A stretch of 64,000 nucleotides of DNA, taken from a virus. The translations under genes were made by a program, and so were the position numbers. The stretch's first letter is position 1, and every line of letters starts with the position of its first letter. Under the pieces are notes generated by a model. The model was not told where the DNA came from and did not search any database. It saw nothing but the letters and a program-made list of their open reading frames with translations. Where the stretch lies: positions 32,001 to 96,000 of IMG/VR virus record IMGVR_UViG_3300027754_005796, one strand, 5' to 3'. Shown piece by piece: positions 1 to 9,555 of this stretch.

Positions 1-197
1 TGTTTGGCTTTCATGTGTGTCCTGACGCAGCGTACAGGGCATCCACAACGAGCCAGAGGGCATACGACAAATTCTCGTCCTTCTTCATGATTTTCAACAA
101 CATGTTGTTTGTATGCTTCAAAGTCTGTAAGGGTAAATCCACACACAAAACAGGTGTATTTTCTTAATCCGTTGTCTTTTTCAAATGGTAATGTCAT
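1..197 (-). CDS. C2H2 zinc-finger protein (5' part only; runs off window edge; missing from ORF track)
   Basis: Manual translation from ATG 197: MTLPFEKDNGLRKYTCFVCGFTLTDFEAYKQHVVENHEEGREFVVCPLARCGCPVRCVRTHMKAK...; C-x2-C-x12-H-x4-H finger plus a second finger; ATGA overlap with the upstream gene. Confidence 0.75.
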   Translation of the reverse strand, partial: MTLPFEKDNGLRKYTCFVCGFTLTDFEAYKQHVVENHEEGREFVVCPLARCGCPVRCVRTHMKAK

Positions 198-619
198 TTT
201 TTATTTGATTTCTTGGTTGCGTGTTTCATCATTTGTTTGACTGCCGACTCTCTGTCGCAAACCTTGATTTTGGGAAGGTCTTTGAGGCTGAAAACACTTT
301 GCACAGAGCTTTCGTCATCTTTACTATCAAGACATTTAAACAAATTTATTGCTGGAAATTGTGCTTCTTGCCGGAAATTTGGCATCATTGGTTCATCATC
401 ATCGTCGGTTTTAAGTTTGGCAAAAATTACCCTGCTATCTTCAGGAGCTCCAAATAACTCCTTGTCTTTATTGAAAAAAAGGATGATTTCATGCTTGTCC
501 AAAATGTCATTTAAACTGTCTTCTTGTTCTTGCAGGGCGCAATGGTGGTCCCATAGGTCCATCAAACCACGAAAACTGCTAAACGCTGGAGAAAAATTGT
601 TGCTCATATATTTGCTCAT
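194..619 (-). CDS. hypothetical protein
   Basis: 141-aa ORF, translationally coupled to the downstream gene. Confidence 0.7.
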   Translation of the reverse strand: MSKYMSNNFSPAFSSFRGLMDLWDHHCALQEQEDSLNDILDKHEIILFFNKDKELFGAPEDSRVIFAKLKTDDDDEPMMPNFRQEAQFPAINLFKCLDSKDDESSVQSVFSLKDLPKIKVCDRESAVKQMMKHATKKSNKK

Positions 620-634
620 TGAATATATAGTTTT

Positions 635-1105
635 ATGTACAAGACTTTTAGCGGTTTTAAGAGATTCATCGAAGAAATGGACCCTTCACCTGAAAAAAGG
701 CGTGATGATGCGGAATCGTCTGACGATCAAGCCAGCGCAGGTAAAGAAGACTACTTTGCTGCCTTGGGCGACGAAGAGGGGCTAGAGTGGGGAGAAATTG
801 CGAATGCGTTCCAAAGCGAACCTTGGATTAGTTCTCATTTTGCACTAGGGTCGCCTGATAAAGAGGTTTTGTATAAACTTTCGCCTTGGAAAATCGTTAA
901 GGGAACTTTGACTCCCCACGGCGCTGATATTCGCCTGAAACAACAAAAGGGCGGTAGAAGTTACCTTAAAGGAAATCGTTTAAATAAGTCAAAATATCAA
1001 GACACTAAACGATATCATTTAAATCGTTCTGAATTGGTAAAGTTTTTAACAACAGGCTGGACACCCGCTGCACAACAGGCTGGTGGTGGCAGTCAACCCA
1101 TGTGA
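635..1105 (+). CDS. hypothetical protein with N-terminal FKRFIEE (capsid-targeting-like) motif
   Basis: 156-aa ORF divergent from the 619 gene. Confidence 0.7.
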   Translation: MYKTFSGFKRFIEEMDPSPEKRRDDAESSDDQASAGKEDYFAALGDEEGLEWGEIANAFQSEPWISSHFALGSPDKEVLYKLSPWKIVKGTLTPHGADIRLKQQKGGRSYLKGNRLNKSKYQDTKRYHLNRSELVKFLTTGWTPAAQQAGGGSQPM

Positions 1106-1111
1106 GGAATT

Positions 1112-1288
1112 ATGCGCTTTAAAGAATGGCTTAAATTACAAGAGGTGGGAACCAGCACAGCAAATGTTGCTGTTTTCGCTCGTCCTCTGTTTGGCGGTCC
1201 AGCAACTCGCATGTATCCAGAACCTGTGATAATCGGTGGACGGGAAGTTACTAAGAAAAAGAAAAAGAAATATCGACATCTTCCTTGA
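1112..1288 (+). CDS. small basic protein, MRFKEWLKLQE N-terminus (not in ORF track)
   Basis: GAGG RBS; 58 aa ending KKKKKKYRHLP; shares the N-terminal motif family. Confidence 0.75.
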   Translation: MRFKEWLKLQEVGTSTANVAVFARPLFGGPATRMYPEPVIIGGREVTKKKKKKYRHLP

Positions 1289-1333
1289 TTTGTCTTAGAA
1301 TTTATTTGTCATTTTTATGCAAAGGAATTCAAG

Positions 1334-2224
1334 ATGCTGCAAGACTTGATGGATTTGGTTCCCAACAAAACAATCCAATGCCTTGACAATATCGGAGAAG
1401 TTCAATTAATCGATGTGATGCCCAGAGTTGCACCTCAAGGACAAACTGCCGATTATGCAATTGCACAGGCAGCAAGAGTTTCATACGGCGATGGCACTAA
1501 ATCCGTGAATGAAGATAGCGGCTTGGTCCGATACCTTCTTCGACACAGCCATTCGACTCCCACAGAAATGGTGGTTTTTAAGTTTAGAATAAAGGTGCCT
1601 ATTTTTGTCAGCCGACAAATGTGCAGACACAGAATGATTTCGATGAATGAAATTTCAGGAAGATATTCTGTGATGCGGGATGAATTCTATATCCCAAAGC
1701 CAGAAGACCTCAGAAAACAATCAACTGTCAATAAGCAAGGCTCTGAAGGTGTTATTGAGGCTGAAAATGCTAGTTATTTTTCAACCGCAATAGAACAAAA
1801 TTGCAAACAGGCATATGAGTTATATCTCAAAATGATTGAGGCTGGTATTGCTCGTGAGCAAGCCAGAATGATTTTACCTTTAAATCTTTACACCGAATAT
1901 TACTGGAAGCAAGATTTGCATAACCTTTTGCATTTCTTGGCTTTGCGTATGGATTCACATGCACAGCATGAGATTCGTGTGTTTGCTCAGGCCATGTATG
2001 ACCTTGTCAAGCCTTTGGTGCCTGTGACTATCCAAGCCTTTGAGGATTATCACTTTATGCGAGGTGCTGTAAAGTTGACCCGTCTGGAAGTTGAAGCTCT
2101 GCAAAAGACCCTGCAAGAGGAAGCTTCACATGTCAAGATTCCACAGATTGATACTGAGAATAAGAGAGAACAAAATGAATGGACAGACAAGGCTCAAAAG
2201 CTTGGTTTTCAACAACCAAGTTAG
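1334..2224 (+). CDS. thyX: FAD-dependent thymidylate synthase
   Basis: AARVSY motif and RHRMISMNEISGRY (RHRx7SxR signature); AREQARMILP; LRMDSHAQHEIR. Confidence 0.96.
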   Translation: MLQDLMDLVPNKTIQCLDNIGEVQLIDVMPRVAPQGQTADYAIAQAARVSYGDGTKSVNEDSGLVRYLLRHSHSTPTEMVVFKFRIKVPIFVSRQMCRHRMISMNEISGRYSVMRDEFYIPKPEDLRKQSTVNKQGSEGVIEAENASYFSTAIEQNCKQAYELYLKMIEAGIAREQARMILPLNLYTEYYWKQDLHNLLHFLALRMDSHAQHEIRVFAQAMYDLVKPLVPVTIQAFEDYHFMRGAVKLTRLEVEALQKTLQEEASHVKIPQIDTENKREQNEWTDKAQKLGFQQPS

Positions 2225-2282
2225 CCCTGTCGTCTGGTGTGAAAGACATGTTTGCGAGAATGAGCATTAAAAAACCAATCAT
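2133..2282 (-). CDS. possible small antisense ORF (49 aa) or truncated gene remnant
   Basis: Strong AAGGAG RBS before ATG 2282; hydrophobic N-terminus MIGFLMLILA; overlaps the thyX 3' end. Confidence 0.35.
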   Translation of the reverse strand: MIGFLMLILANMSFTPDDRANLVVENQAFEPCLSIHFVLSYSQYQSVES

Positions 2283-2338
2283 AACTTTCTCCTTTTTAAA
2301 TGGATGTTTGAATTATTCTAGAAAATGGGTGGTGTATT

Positions 2339-3742
2339 ATGCAACTATATTCTGATTTTATTGATGCTGATCGACAAGGACCAAAAATTAGTGTTGGTGT
2401 CGTTGGCGATGCCATGATAGATGAGTTCATGGATGTTGACATCAAGAAAATATCACCAGAATTCCCCATAATTGTTTTGCAATCTGAAGAGGAAAAATAC
2501 CAGTATCTTCCCGGTGGTGCAGCAAATTGTGCATATCAGTTTACCCATTTTAATGCAGATGCTCATCTCTATGCTTTTTCTGACGATCATGCTTCCAAAG
2601 TATTTCTCCAAAATAATTTAAATTTGTCTGGTGTTGTAGAAATTGGCAATCAAATTCCCAGAAAAAGAAGATTGTATAGTCAAGGCTTGCCAGTCAGTAG
2701 AACTGACATTGAGTCAAAAAGTTATGGATTTAGCAAAGATATTCTTCATTTACGATCCGCAGATGTTTTCAAAAATCTGAAAAACAACACGGGTTTGGAA
2801 GCTTTGATTTTGTCGGACTATAACAAAGGTTTGTTTGCCGGTTTCGATCAAGAAATAATTCGTGAATTCAAAAATGTGATTGTTGATCCAAAATGCGGAG
2901 ACTTGAATCGCTGGCGAGGTTGTACGGTTTTCAAGCCGAATCTTGAAGAGGCTCTTAGGCTAAGTGGCAAATCAACCATTCTTGAGGCTGGTGCGTATTT
3001 GTTAGACTTATTGTCTTGTCAGGCTGTTGTTGTAACTATGGCTGGTGATGGAGTTATGGTTTTCCAACAAACTAAAAATCCAATACACATTCGTGCTCAA
3101 AGAAAATTGCCTACAGCAGAGTCTGTGATTGGTGCGGGAGATTGTTTCGCAGCTTTTTATGCCATGTCTTTGGTAAGAGGCTTCAACTATGAGCAAGCTG
3201 CTGAAATATCTTTTCATGCTGGCACTTTATATGTGCAAAATAAACATAATACACCTTTAAGTCCCAAGCAATTCAAGTCATCTTACGACCCTTTTAGCCT
3301 CAAATTTGTCGATAACCCTGAGGTTTTCTTTGACAAAAGAAATTACAAACTTGTTTTTACGAATGGATGCTTTGATTTTGGCCTAACTTCTGGGCATGTC
3401 GAGTGCATCAATTTTGCCAAAAATCAAGGCGACAAGCTTGTGGTTGCTTTGAACAGCGATGATAGCGTAAAGCGACTGAAGGGAAATGGCAGACCTATTT
3501 TGCCTTTTGCTGATCGTGTCAAAATAATTTCTAGTTTGCAATCTGTTGATTATGTTATCGGATTTGACGAAGACACTCCTCTAAAAATTATTCAGCAAAT
3601 TGTGCCAGACTTAATTGTTAAGGGAGGGGATTACACCATAGATCAAGTTGTGGGCAATCATTTAGCTCAAGTGAAAATTTTTGATTTTGTTAACTCGATT
3701 TCCACAACTCAAAAAATTGAAAAAATGAATCATCTAGCTTGA
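2339..3742 (+). CDS. hldE: bifunctional heptose 7-phosphate kinase / heptose 1-phosphate adenylyltransferase (HldE/RfaE-like)
   Basis: VVGDAMID, PGGAAN, SDYNKG, GAGD (PfkB domain); FTNGCFD..TSGH, LNSDDSVKRLKG, KGGDY (NTase domain). Confidence 0.92.
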   Translation: MQLYSDFIDADRQGPKISVGVVGDAMIDEFMDVDIKKISPEFPIIVLQSEEEKYQYLPGGAANCAYQFTHFNADAHLYAFSDDHASKVFLQNNLNLSGVVEIGNQIPRKRRLYSQGLPVSRTDIESKSYGFSKDILHLRSADVFKNLKNNTGLEALILSDYNKGLFAGFDQEIIREFKNVIVDPKCGDLNRWRGCTVFKPNLEEALRLSGKSTILEAGAYLLDLLSCQAVVVTMAGDGVMVFQQTKNPIHIRAQRKLPTAESVIGAGDCFAAFYAMSLVRGFNYEQAAEISFHAGTLYVQNKHNTPLSPKQFKSSYDPFSLKFVDNPEVFFDKRNYKLVFTNGCFDFGLTSGHVECINFAKNQGDKLVVALNSDDSVKRLKGNGRPILPFADRVKIISSLQSVDYVIGFDEDTPLKIIQQIVPDLIVKGGDYTIDQVVGNHLAQVKIFDFVNSISTTQKIEKMNHLA

Positions 3743-4056
3743 CATTTTATGCACTCACAACCTGCACAACATTTGTGATCTGGACAGCAGGGGCACGGCG
3801 GGTTGTGAATAGACACACATTTGCAACATGTCTTGTTTGATCCACATCCCTTGCAACAGGTGCAATTCTCGCAGCATTGTCCAAGTTTTTCGCACCCACA
3901 AGTTGTACCGCAACAATCACATCCGCATTCGCAAGGCTTGCAAGACCTGTCTACTTCGCAGCAAGGTTTATCGCACTTTATTTTAGGCATAAATATAATC
4001 GAACCATAAGCTCCAGCTACTGCTCCGACAATAAAAGACAGAATTATCAAAATCAT
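3730..4056 (-). CDS. membrane-anchored Cys-rich, metallothionein-like protein
   Basis: N-terminal TM helix followed by 28 Cys in about 81 aa, in CC/CxC clusters; GGAG RBS. Confidence 0.7.
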   Translation of the reverse strand: MILIILSFIVGAVAGAYGSIIFMPKIKCDKPCCEVDRSCKPCECGCDCCGTTCGCEKLGQCCENCTCCKGCGSNKTCCKCVSIHNPPCPCCPDHKCCAGCECIKCQAR

Positions 4057-4101
4057 TTTGCTGCTCCTTTGCCTGCATATATAATGATTGTATATGCGAA
4101 C

Positions 4102-4380
4102 ATGAAAAGAAATAAAAAATTAATCGATAAAAAGGTCAAAAAAAGAATTGCAGGTAAATGCAAATTCTGTCCTTGCGATATTTATGAGCTTTTAGATGTT
4201 CATCGTATAGTTGAAGGCAATGAGGGCGGTCGATATACTGACCAAAATACTGTCTGTTGTTGTGTTTCCTGCCACAGGAAAATTCATGCTGGAATTATCA
4301 AGATAGACCGCCAATATCCTTCGATAAGTGGAAATTTGGTTCTTCATTATTGGATCGATGGTCAAGAATATTGGGAATGA
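4102..4380 (+). CDS. small HNH endonuclease
   Basis: CKFC...LDVHRI...GG...N..CVSCHRKIH; start moved to ATG 4102. Confidence 0.8.
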   Translation: MKRNKKLIDKKVKKRIAGKCKFCPCDIYELLDVHRIVEGNEGGRYTDQNTVCCCVSCHRKIHAGIIKIDRQYPSISGNLVLHYWIDGQEYWE

Positions 4381-4393
4381 ACTAAATATTTGT

Positions 4394-4570
4394 ATGATGA
4401 CCTTTCGGCAATTTCTTGAAGCAAAAAGCACCGGCAAATTCGGCATGGGTACAGGCCAGTCTCCCACAAAGCTGATGGCTGTTGGCGCATCAAAGCCAGC
4501 AAAACCCAGCCATTTAAAATATACTGGTTTGGCAGTAACTGGCCTTTATTCTGTTGCAAAAATTAAATAG
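4394..4570 (+). CDS. small protein, MMTFRQFLEAK N-terminus
   Basis: TAAATA just upstream; capsid-targeting-like motif. Confidence 0.7.
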   Translation: MMTFRQFLEAKSTGKFGMGTGQSPTKLMAVGASKPAKPSHLKYTGLAVTGLYSVAKIK

Positions 4571-4585
4571 TTACTCCACTACAGC

Positions 4586-5185
4586 ATGGAAGTTTCAAGT
4601 TTAGGCGACAATCTCGCCATTCTCATCAAATGTGATCACGCTCCACACCATGATTGGATGTCGTTTTTTTGCTGGTATTCCATCAGTAAAAATCTTCCTG
4701 AAGCGAAAGTTGTCGTCGCATGTTCTAGAGGCGGTGAAATGAATTTTGATATTTTCAATTGGCCAAAACGCTGTGGAGTGCAATTTGCCTACCACAATCC
4801 GGGATTAGACACCGTTAAATTCGTTCTTGATAACGATAAATTTGGAACAGGAACTCCTTTGCTTGTTTTGGAACCTTGTACTGCATGTCTTCGGGATTTT
4901 GATGAAGCGCAGTTCGATCAATCCACTCTCGCAAAAAATGAAGTTTTTAAAGCAAAAGAATTAAGTGGGTTGGTAGGTGAAGCTAAAGACGAAAATCCTT
5001 CCGTTTTCACCGATTACAGCAATGGTTGGGGCAAGTTTGTTACTAGTTCTTGGATAAATAAAGCAAGCACGCCGCTCGTGACCGGACTCAGCTTGTTTAA
5101 GCCTATGATGTCTGTCAACGAGTCAAGACTAGGAAAGTTGTGGGATCGTGCCTCTTTAATGTACCAAAGTGTATCGAGAGGATAA
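4586..5185 (+). CDS. hypothetical protein
   Basis: 199-aa ORF in operon context. Confidence 0.7.
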   Translation: MEVSSLGDNLAILIKCDHAPHHDWMSFFCWYSISKNLPEAKVVVACSRGGEMNFDIFNWPKRCGVQFAYHNPGLDTVKFVLDNDKFGTGTPLLVLEPCTACLRDFDEAQFDQSTLAKNEVFKAKELSGLVGEAKDENPSVFTDYSNGWGKFVTSSWINKASTPLVTGLSLFKPMMSVNESRLGKLWDRASLMYQSVSRG

Positions 5186-5186
5186 C

Positions 5187-5465
5187 ATGAGAAGATTTAA
5201 CTACGATGACAATGATGAGTTCCGTGAAGATATTGACAAGTTCTTCAACGACGATGAACTAGACACATACGAAGAGCTCGTTTCCCAAGAAATTGCTATG
5301 CAGGAAGCGCAAATTGATTTGTCTTACAAGGATTTGAATGTTCGCATTATGCGAACTGCTGTTAGAATCTGCGAGAAATCTTTTTGGTGGTCTTTTTATT
5401 CGCAGCCTACTCGTATAAAGATGATCGCTGACACATACAAAAAATTGAAAAGTCTAGAAATATGA
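5187..5465 (+). CDS. hypothetical acidic protein
   Basis: GAGG RBS, ATG 5187. Confidence 0.7.
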   Translation: MRRFNYDDNDEFREDIDKFFNDDELDTYEELVSQEIAMQEAQIDLSYKDLNVRIMRTAVRICEKSFWWSFYSQPTRIKMIADTYKKLKSLEI

Positions 5466-5473
5466 GGTGAACT

Positions 5474-5809
5474 GTGCCTTTTTACCAGTTTAAATGCAAG
5501 AAGTGTAAAAAAGAATATGAAGAACTTTGCCCTTACGACTCAAAAGGCAAATATTCTGATGTTCGATGCTTATTTTGTAACAGCAAGTCGAAAACAAAAT
5601 TGATGTCTGCTTGCAACTATAATTTCGCAAATCCAGAAGGTACTGATCGCTGGAACAGCGAAAGCGGTGGACACGATTACAGGTTTCACCACAATCTGCC
5701 GAAGGTTTTGTCTCAAAGACAGGCTGCTGAAGAGGCTGGCAAAGACCCAAATCCTTATAACAAAATCAATGATTTGGGAAACGACAATGCTTGGGGCGAA
5801 GTAAAGTAA
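5474..5809 (+). CDS. FmdB-family zinc-ribbon protein
   Basis: MPFYQFKCKKC...CLFC; GAGGTG RBS, GTG start. Confidence 0.85.
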   Translation: MPFYQFKCKKCKKEYEELCPYDSKGKYSDVRCLFCNSKSKTKLMSACNYNFANPEGTDRWNSESGGHDYRFHHNLPKVLSQRQAAEEAGKDPNPYNKINDLGNDNAWGEVK

Positions 5810-5831
5810 AAAAAGTTAAAAATAAATTTTT

Positions 5832-5861
5832 AACCTCGATCATTATGATCGGGGTTTTTTT
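5832..5861 (+). terminator. intrinsic terminator
   Basis: aacctcgatca-tta-tgatcggggtt stem followed by a T-run. Confidence 0.8.
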
Positions 5862-5944
5862 ATTTTATTTGCTCACTTATAATTGCTGCTGACACAGTCC
5901 ATCTATGTTTTATAAAACTGGCAGCATCAAACTTTGGAGGAATC

Positions 5945-8023
5945 ATGGCCAGCGTTCTTAAAAAGTACATCGAAAAATTCGACCGCTCTCGTTTTCGTGA
6001 GCTTAATTCGGAATTCAGTTTTGCCGAGTACATTGAGCTTTGTTACAAGAATCCAAAGCTCATTCGCAACTCTTGGCAAACCATTTATGATATGATCATG
6101 GAGAAGGGAAGCTACCAAGTCGAAGAGTATCGTAAGACTTACACCAACTACAACTTCTTTGATGACTCAGATTATCCTATCATTGGACTTACACCTATGA
6201 AGGATTCCCTTGTTAAGTTTGTCAAGGGTGCTGCCGGTGGATACGGAACTGAAAAAAGAATTCTCCTACTGCATGGTCCCGTGGGCAGTAGCAAGTCCAC
6301 TCTTTGTCGCTTAATTAAGCGCAGTATGGAAAAGTACAGCCGTACAGATGATGGCGCTTGGTATTCATTCAAGTGGATCAACTTGCCAACTGGTTCTGAT
6401 GGCCTCTATACCGATACCGAATGTCTTTGCCCCATGCACGAGCAGCCCCTAAAGCTTCTCCCTAATGAAGTGCGTCAGGAAATCGTTGCAGAACTGAACA
6501 AGATTCACGAGGAGCATGCCGCTGAATCACAAAAGCCAGACCTTTACACGCTCAAGTGCAACGATGAACTTGATCCTCTTTGCAAGCGATTCATGAAAGA
6601 TTTGCTCAAGCGATATGATGGCGATCTTGAAAAGGTGCTTGAAAATCACATTCGTGTGATTCGCAAGGTTTACTCCGAGGCTGATCGGTGCGGCATCGCA
6701 ACCTTCCAGCCCAAAGACGAGAAGAACCAAGACAGCACCGAATTGACGGGCGACATCAACTTTCGTCAAATCGGAAACTTTGGTACAGACAGCGATCCAC
6801 GAGCTTTTAGTTTTGATGGCGAATTCTGTGTGGGCAATCGTGGTATCATCGAGTTTATCGAAGCCCTTAAGCTTGATACTGCATTCCTTTATGATCTCCT
6901 TGGTGCAAGCCAAGAGCAGAGCATTAAGCCTAAGAAGTTTTCGCAGGTCAGCATTGATGAGGCAATTCTCTGTCACACTAACGATCCAGAATTCCAGAAA
7001 TTGAAATCCAATCAATACATGGAAGCTTTCCGTGATCGCACCACCAAGATCGATGTACCCTACACTCTGAGGTGGTCAGAGGAACTCAAGATTCTTGAGA
7101 AGGACTATGGTCCCGGCAAGGTGCGTCAACACATTGCCCCACACACCCTTGAAATTGCCGCCCTTTGGTCTGTTCTCACCCGTCTGGCAGATGATAAGGA
7201 TGGCAAGCTCAGTTTGGTCGAAAAGGCTGAACTATATGATGGGAAGCTTCTCCCCGGCTGGACCGAAGACTCCGTCAAGGAGTTGAAGGACAAGTATCCA
7301 GACGAAGGAATGATGTTTGGCGTGTCTGTGCGTTACTTGCAAGACAAGATTTCCAACTGTCTTGCAAATAACCATGACTATGTCAATATGTTCATGGTTT
7401 TGAATGAGCTCAGAGATGGTCTTGATCATAGTTCCTTGCTCACAAACAAAGAGCAAGTTGGTCGCTACATTACTTGTATCGACCTTTGCATCAAGAAGCT
7501 TACTGAAATCCTTAAAACGGAGGTTCAAAAGGCTTTGGTTGGAGATAAGGAAGCTATCAAACGCCTTTGCACTAATTACATAGACAATGTGATGGCATAC
7601 ATCAACAAGTCCAAGATTAAGGACCAAATTACGGGACAAGACCGTAAGCCCGATGAAAGGCTTATGCGAGCAATCGAGGAAAAGATTCAGATTCCAGATA
7701 CTGGATGTGATGATTTTCGTCGTCAAATCGCTGCTTTCATTGGTCATTTGGCGCATGAGCACAAGATTTTCCAATGGGATAGCAATCCCAAGCTTCGCAA
7801 GGCTCTTGAGGCCAAGCTGTTTGAGGATGTTAAGGACACCATCAAGTTGAGTGCTCTCAGCGTGAATGGTGCTTCTGTTGTTGACAAGGACATCCAAGAA
7901 AAGATTGATGCAGTTAAAACACGACTCATCAAAGATTTTGGGTACAACGAAAGGTCTGCTACAGATGTGCTAGAATTTGTGGGTGCGATTTTTAGCAGAG
8001 GAGACCTTGCTGAAGACGAGTAA
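5945..8023 (+). CDS. prkA: PrkA/YeaG-family AAA+ ATPase / serine protein kinase
   Basis: Walker A LHGPVGSSKST; CPMHEQPL; FQPKDEKNQDSTELTG; SDPRAFSFDGE; NRGIIEFIE; GGAGG RBS. Confidence 0.95.
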   Translation: MASVLKKYIEKFDRSRFRELNSEFSFAEYIELCYKNPKLIRNSWQTIYDMIMEKGSYQVEEYRKTYTNYNFFDDSDYPIIGLTPMKDSLVKFVKGAAGGYGTEKRILLLHGPVGSSKSTLCRLIKRSMEKYSRTDDGAWYSFKWINLPTGSDGLYTDTECLCPMHEQPLKLLPNEVRQEIVAELNKIHEEHAAESQKPDLYTLKCNDELDPLCKRFMKDLLKRYDGDLEKVLENHIRVIRKVYSEADRCGIATFQPKDEKNQDSTELTGDINFRQIGNFGTDSDPRAFSFDGEFCVGNRGIIEFIEALKLDTAFLYDLLGASQEQSIKPKKFSQVSIDEAILCHTNDPEFQKLKSNQYMEAFRDRTTKIDVPYTLRWSEELKILEKDYGPGKVRQHIAPHTLEIAALWSVLTRLADDKDGKLSLVEKAELYDGKLLPGWTEDSVKELKDKYPDEGMMFGVSVRYLQDKISNCLANNHDYVNMFMVLNELRDGLDHSSLLTNKEQVGRYITCIDLCIKKLTEILKTEVQKALVGDKEAIKRLCTNYIDNVMAYINKSKIKDQITGQDRKPDERLMRAIEEKIQIPDTGCDDFRRQIAAFIGHLAHEHKIFQWDSNPKLRKALEAKLFEDVKDTIKLSALSVNGASVVDKDIQEKIDAVKTRLIKDFGYNERSATDVLEFVGAIFSRGDLAEDE

Positions 8024-8034
8024 TGTCTAACTGA

Positions 8035-8060
8035 GAGGGGCCTAGTGCCCCTCGTTTTTT
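8035..8060 (+). terminator. intrinsic terminator after prkA
   Basis: gaggggc-ctagt-gcccctc plus T-run. Confidence 0.75.
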
Positions 8061-8072
8061 AGGAGAAGTGAT

Positions 8073-8291
8073 ATGCAAAATCCTTGGTTGAATGTTTCTA
8101 AGAGTAAGCAAACGATGAGAGAGATTGATGAAATTGCAATGGAAGTTTGGGGAGATAGTGGAACCCTGAGCGATTTCTTTGCAGCACTTACAGATGAACA
8201 AACAGATTTTCTATTCAGCATGAAAATCAAAGACTTTGCCTGCGATCTTGATGATACGACCTGTGGTTTTGAACTTTCTGATCCAGAATGA
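8073..8291 (+). CDS. small acidic hypothetical protein inserted between prkA and yeaH
   Basis: AGGAG RBS; 72 aa. Confidence 0.7.
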   Translation: MQNPWLNVSKSKQTMREIDEIAMEVWGDSGTLSDFFAALTDEQTDFLFSMKIKDFACDLDDTTCGFELSDPE

Positions 8292-8332
8292 GTATGTAAA
8301 AACAGTTTTTTGTATAGCTTATGAGGTAAAAA

Positions 8333-9544
8333 ATGTGCCCTCGCCGTATAGAAGAGGATCATAAAGATTTTCGTGATGTCGTTTCTGGACGCATCCGCAA
8401 AGCTTTAAAGAAGTTTATTAAAAGCGGACAGATCGTAAGAAATAGGGGCAAAAACGGGAAGATATCAATCAGTATTCCCAAGATTGATATTCCGCACATT
8501 GTCTACGGTGACAGCGGTGAGGGAGCAGGTCGTGGCCCCGGTAAGGAAGGCGATGTAATTGGCAAAGACCCCAAAGGTGGCAAGGGTAATGGTGCAGGTC
8601 AGGGAGAATCTGAAGGTATAAATATCAACCTTGATCTTGAAGATGTTTTGAAATTCATGCAGGACGAACTGCAACTTCCCAACCTCAAAAAGAAACCAAA
8701 TGAAATCTACGATGAAGTGAAAATCAAATACAATAAGATTTCACTTATCGGTCCAGAATCTCTTCGTCACAATAGACGCACCTTGATGCAAACCATGAAG
8801 CGTCAAGCAGCAGAGGGTACTTTAAATAATCTCAAGGTTGTTCCCGGCTTGAAAGACCCTGTACGAGTCTTGCAGCCTATTAATGAGGACAAGCGTTATC
8901 GACAGTTCAGCGAAGTAAAACTGCCATCAAGCAATGCCTTAGTGGTTTTTGCTCGTGACGGCTCAGGTTCAATGGACGAAACCAAGTGCGAAATTGTCAG
9001 CGATATGACTTGGTGGATCGATACTTGGATCAGAAGATTTTATGACCGTGTTGATAGGCTTTATGTCTGGCACGATAGTACGGCTATGGAAGTAGATGAA
9101 GATAAGTTTTACAAATATAGGTATGGCGGTGGCACTACTTGTTCGTCGGCCCTAAAATTCATCACAAAGCAATTTGAGAACAGATACCCGCCTGACAAGT
9201 GGAATATTTATGTGTTTTATTTCACCGATGGGGAAAATTGGGGTGATGACAACGATATTTTCATTAATGCCTTGGCTGAAGAATTTAAACCAAATATCGT
9301 TAATTTTACAGGCATAACTCAAATTCTTGCAGGAACTTATAACGATTCTGTCAAGCATCATGTTGATGATGCCATTAAGAATGGAAAACTTGACAAGGAG
9401 TATGTTCGCACCGTGGCTATTGGAGGCGGGAGCGGAGCAACCCCTTGGTCTATGCCTTCATTGTCTGAGCAAAATAGGAATGAACAAATAATTGATGCAA
9501 TTCAGGTGCTTCTAGGAAATCCAAATAAAGTTTCTCGTGATTGA
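8333..9544 (+). CDS. YeaH/YhbH (DUF444) VWA-domain protein
   Basis: RIEEDHKDFR N-terminus, Gly-rich linker, MIDAS-like DGSGS, GGTTCSSAL, FTDGENW. Confidence 0.93.
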   Translation: MCPRRIEEDHKDFRDVVSGRIRKALKKFIKSGQIVRNRGKNGKISISIPKIDIPHIVYGDSGEGAGRGPGKEGDVIGKDPKGGKGNGAGQGESEGININLDLEDVLKFMQDELQLPNLKKKPNEIYDEVKIKYNKISLIGPESLRHNRRTLMQTMKRQAAEGTLNNLKVVPGLKDPVRVLQPINEDKRYRQFSEVKLPSSNALVVFARDGSGSMDETKCEIVSDMTWWIDTWIRRFYDRVDRLYVWHDSTAMEVDEDKFYKYRYGGGTTCSSALKFITKQFENRYPPDKWNIYVFYFTDGENWGDDNDIFINALAEEFKPNIVNFTGITQILAGTYNDSVKHHVDDAIKNGKLDKEYVRTVAIGGGSGATPWSMPSLSEQNRNEQIIDAIQVLLGNPNKVSRD

Positions 9545-9555
9545 GAGGATCAGAC

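Noticed and set aside
213-785. 190-aa plus-strand ORF and similar long antisense ORFs (e.g. 7232-7897, 55604-56071)
   Set aside because: They overlap better-supported genes, mostly on the opposite strand, and lack an RBS or recognisable motifs.
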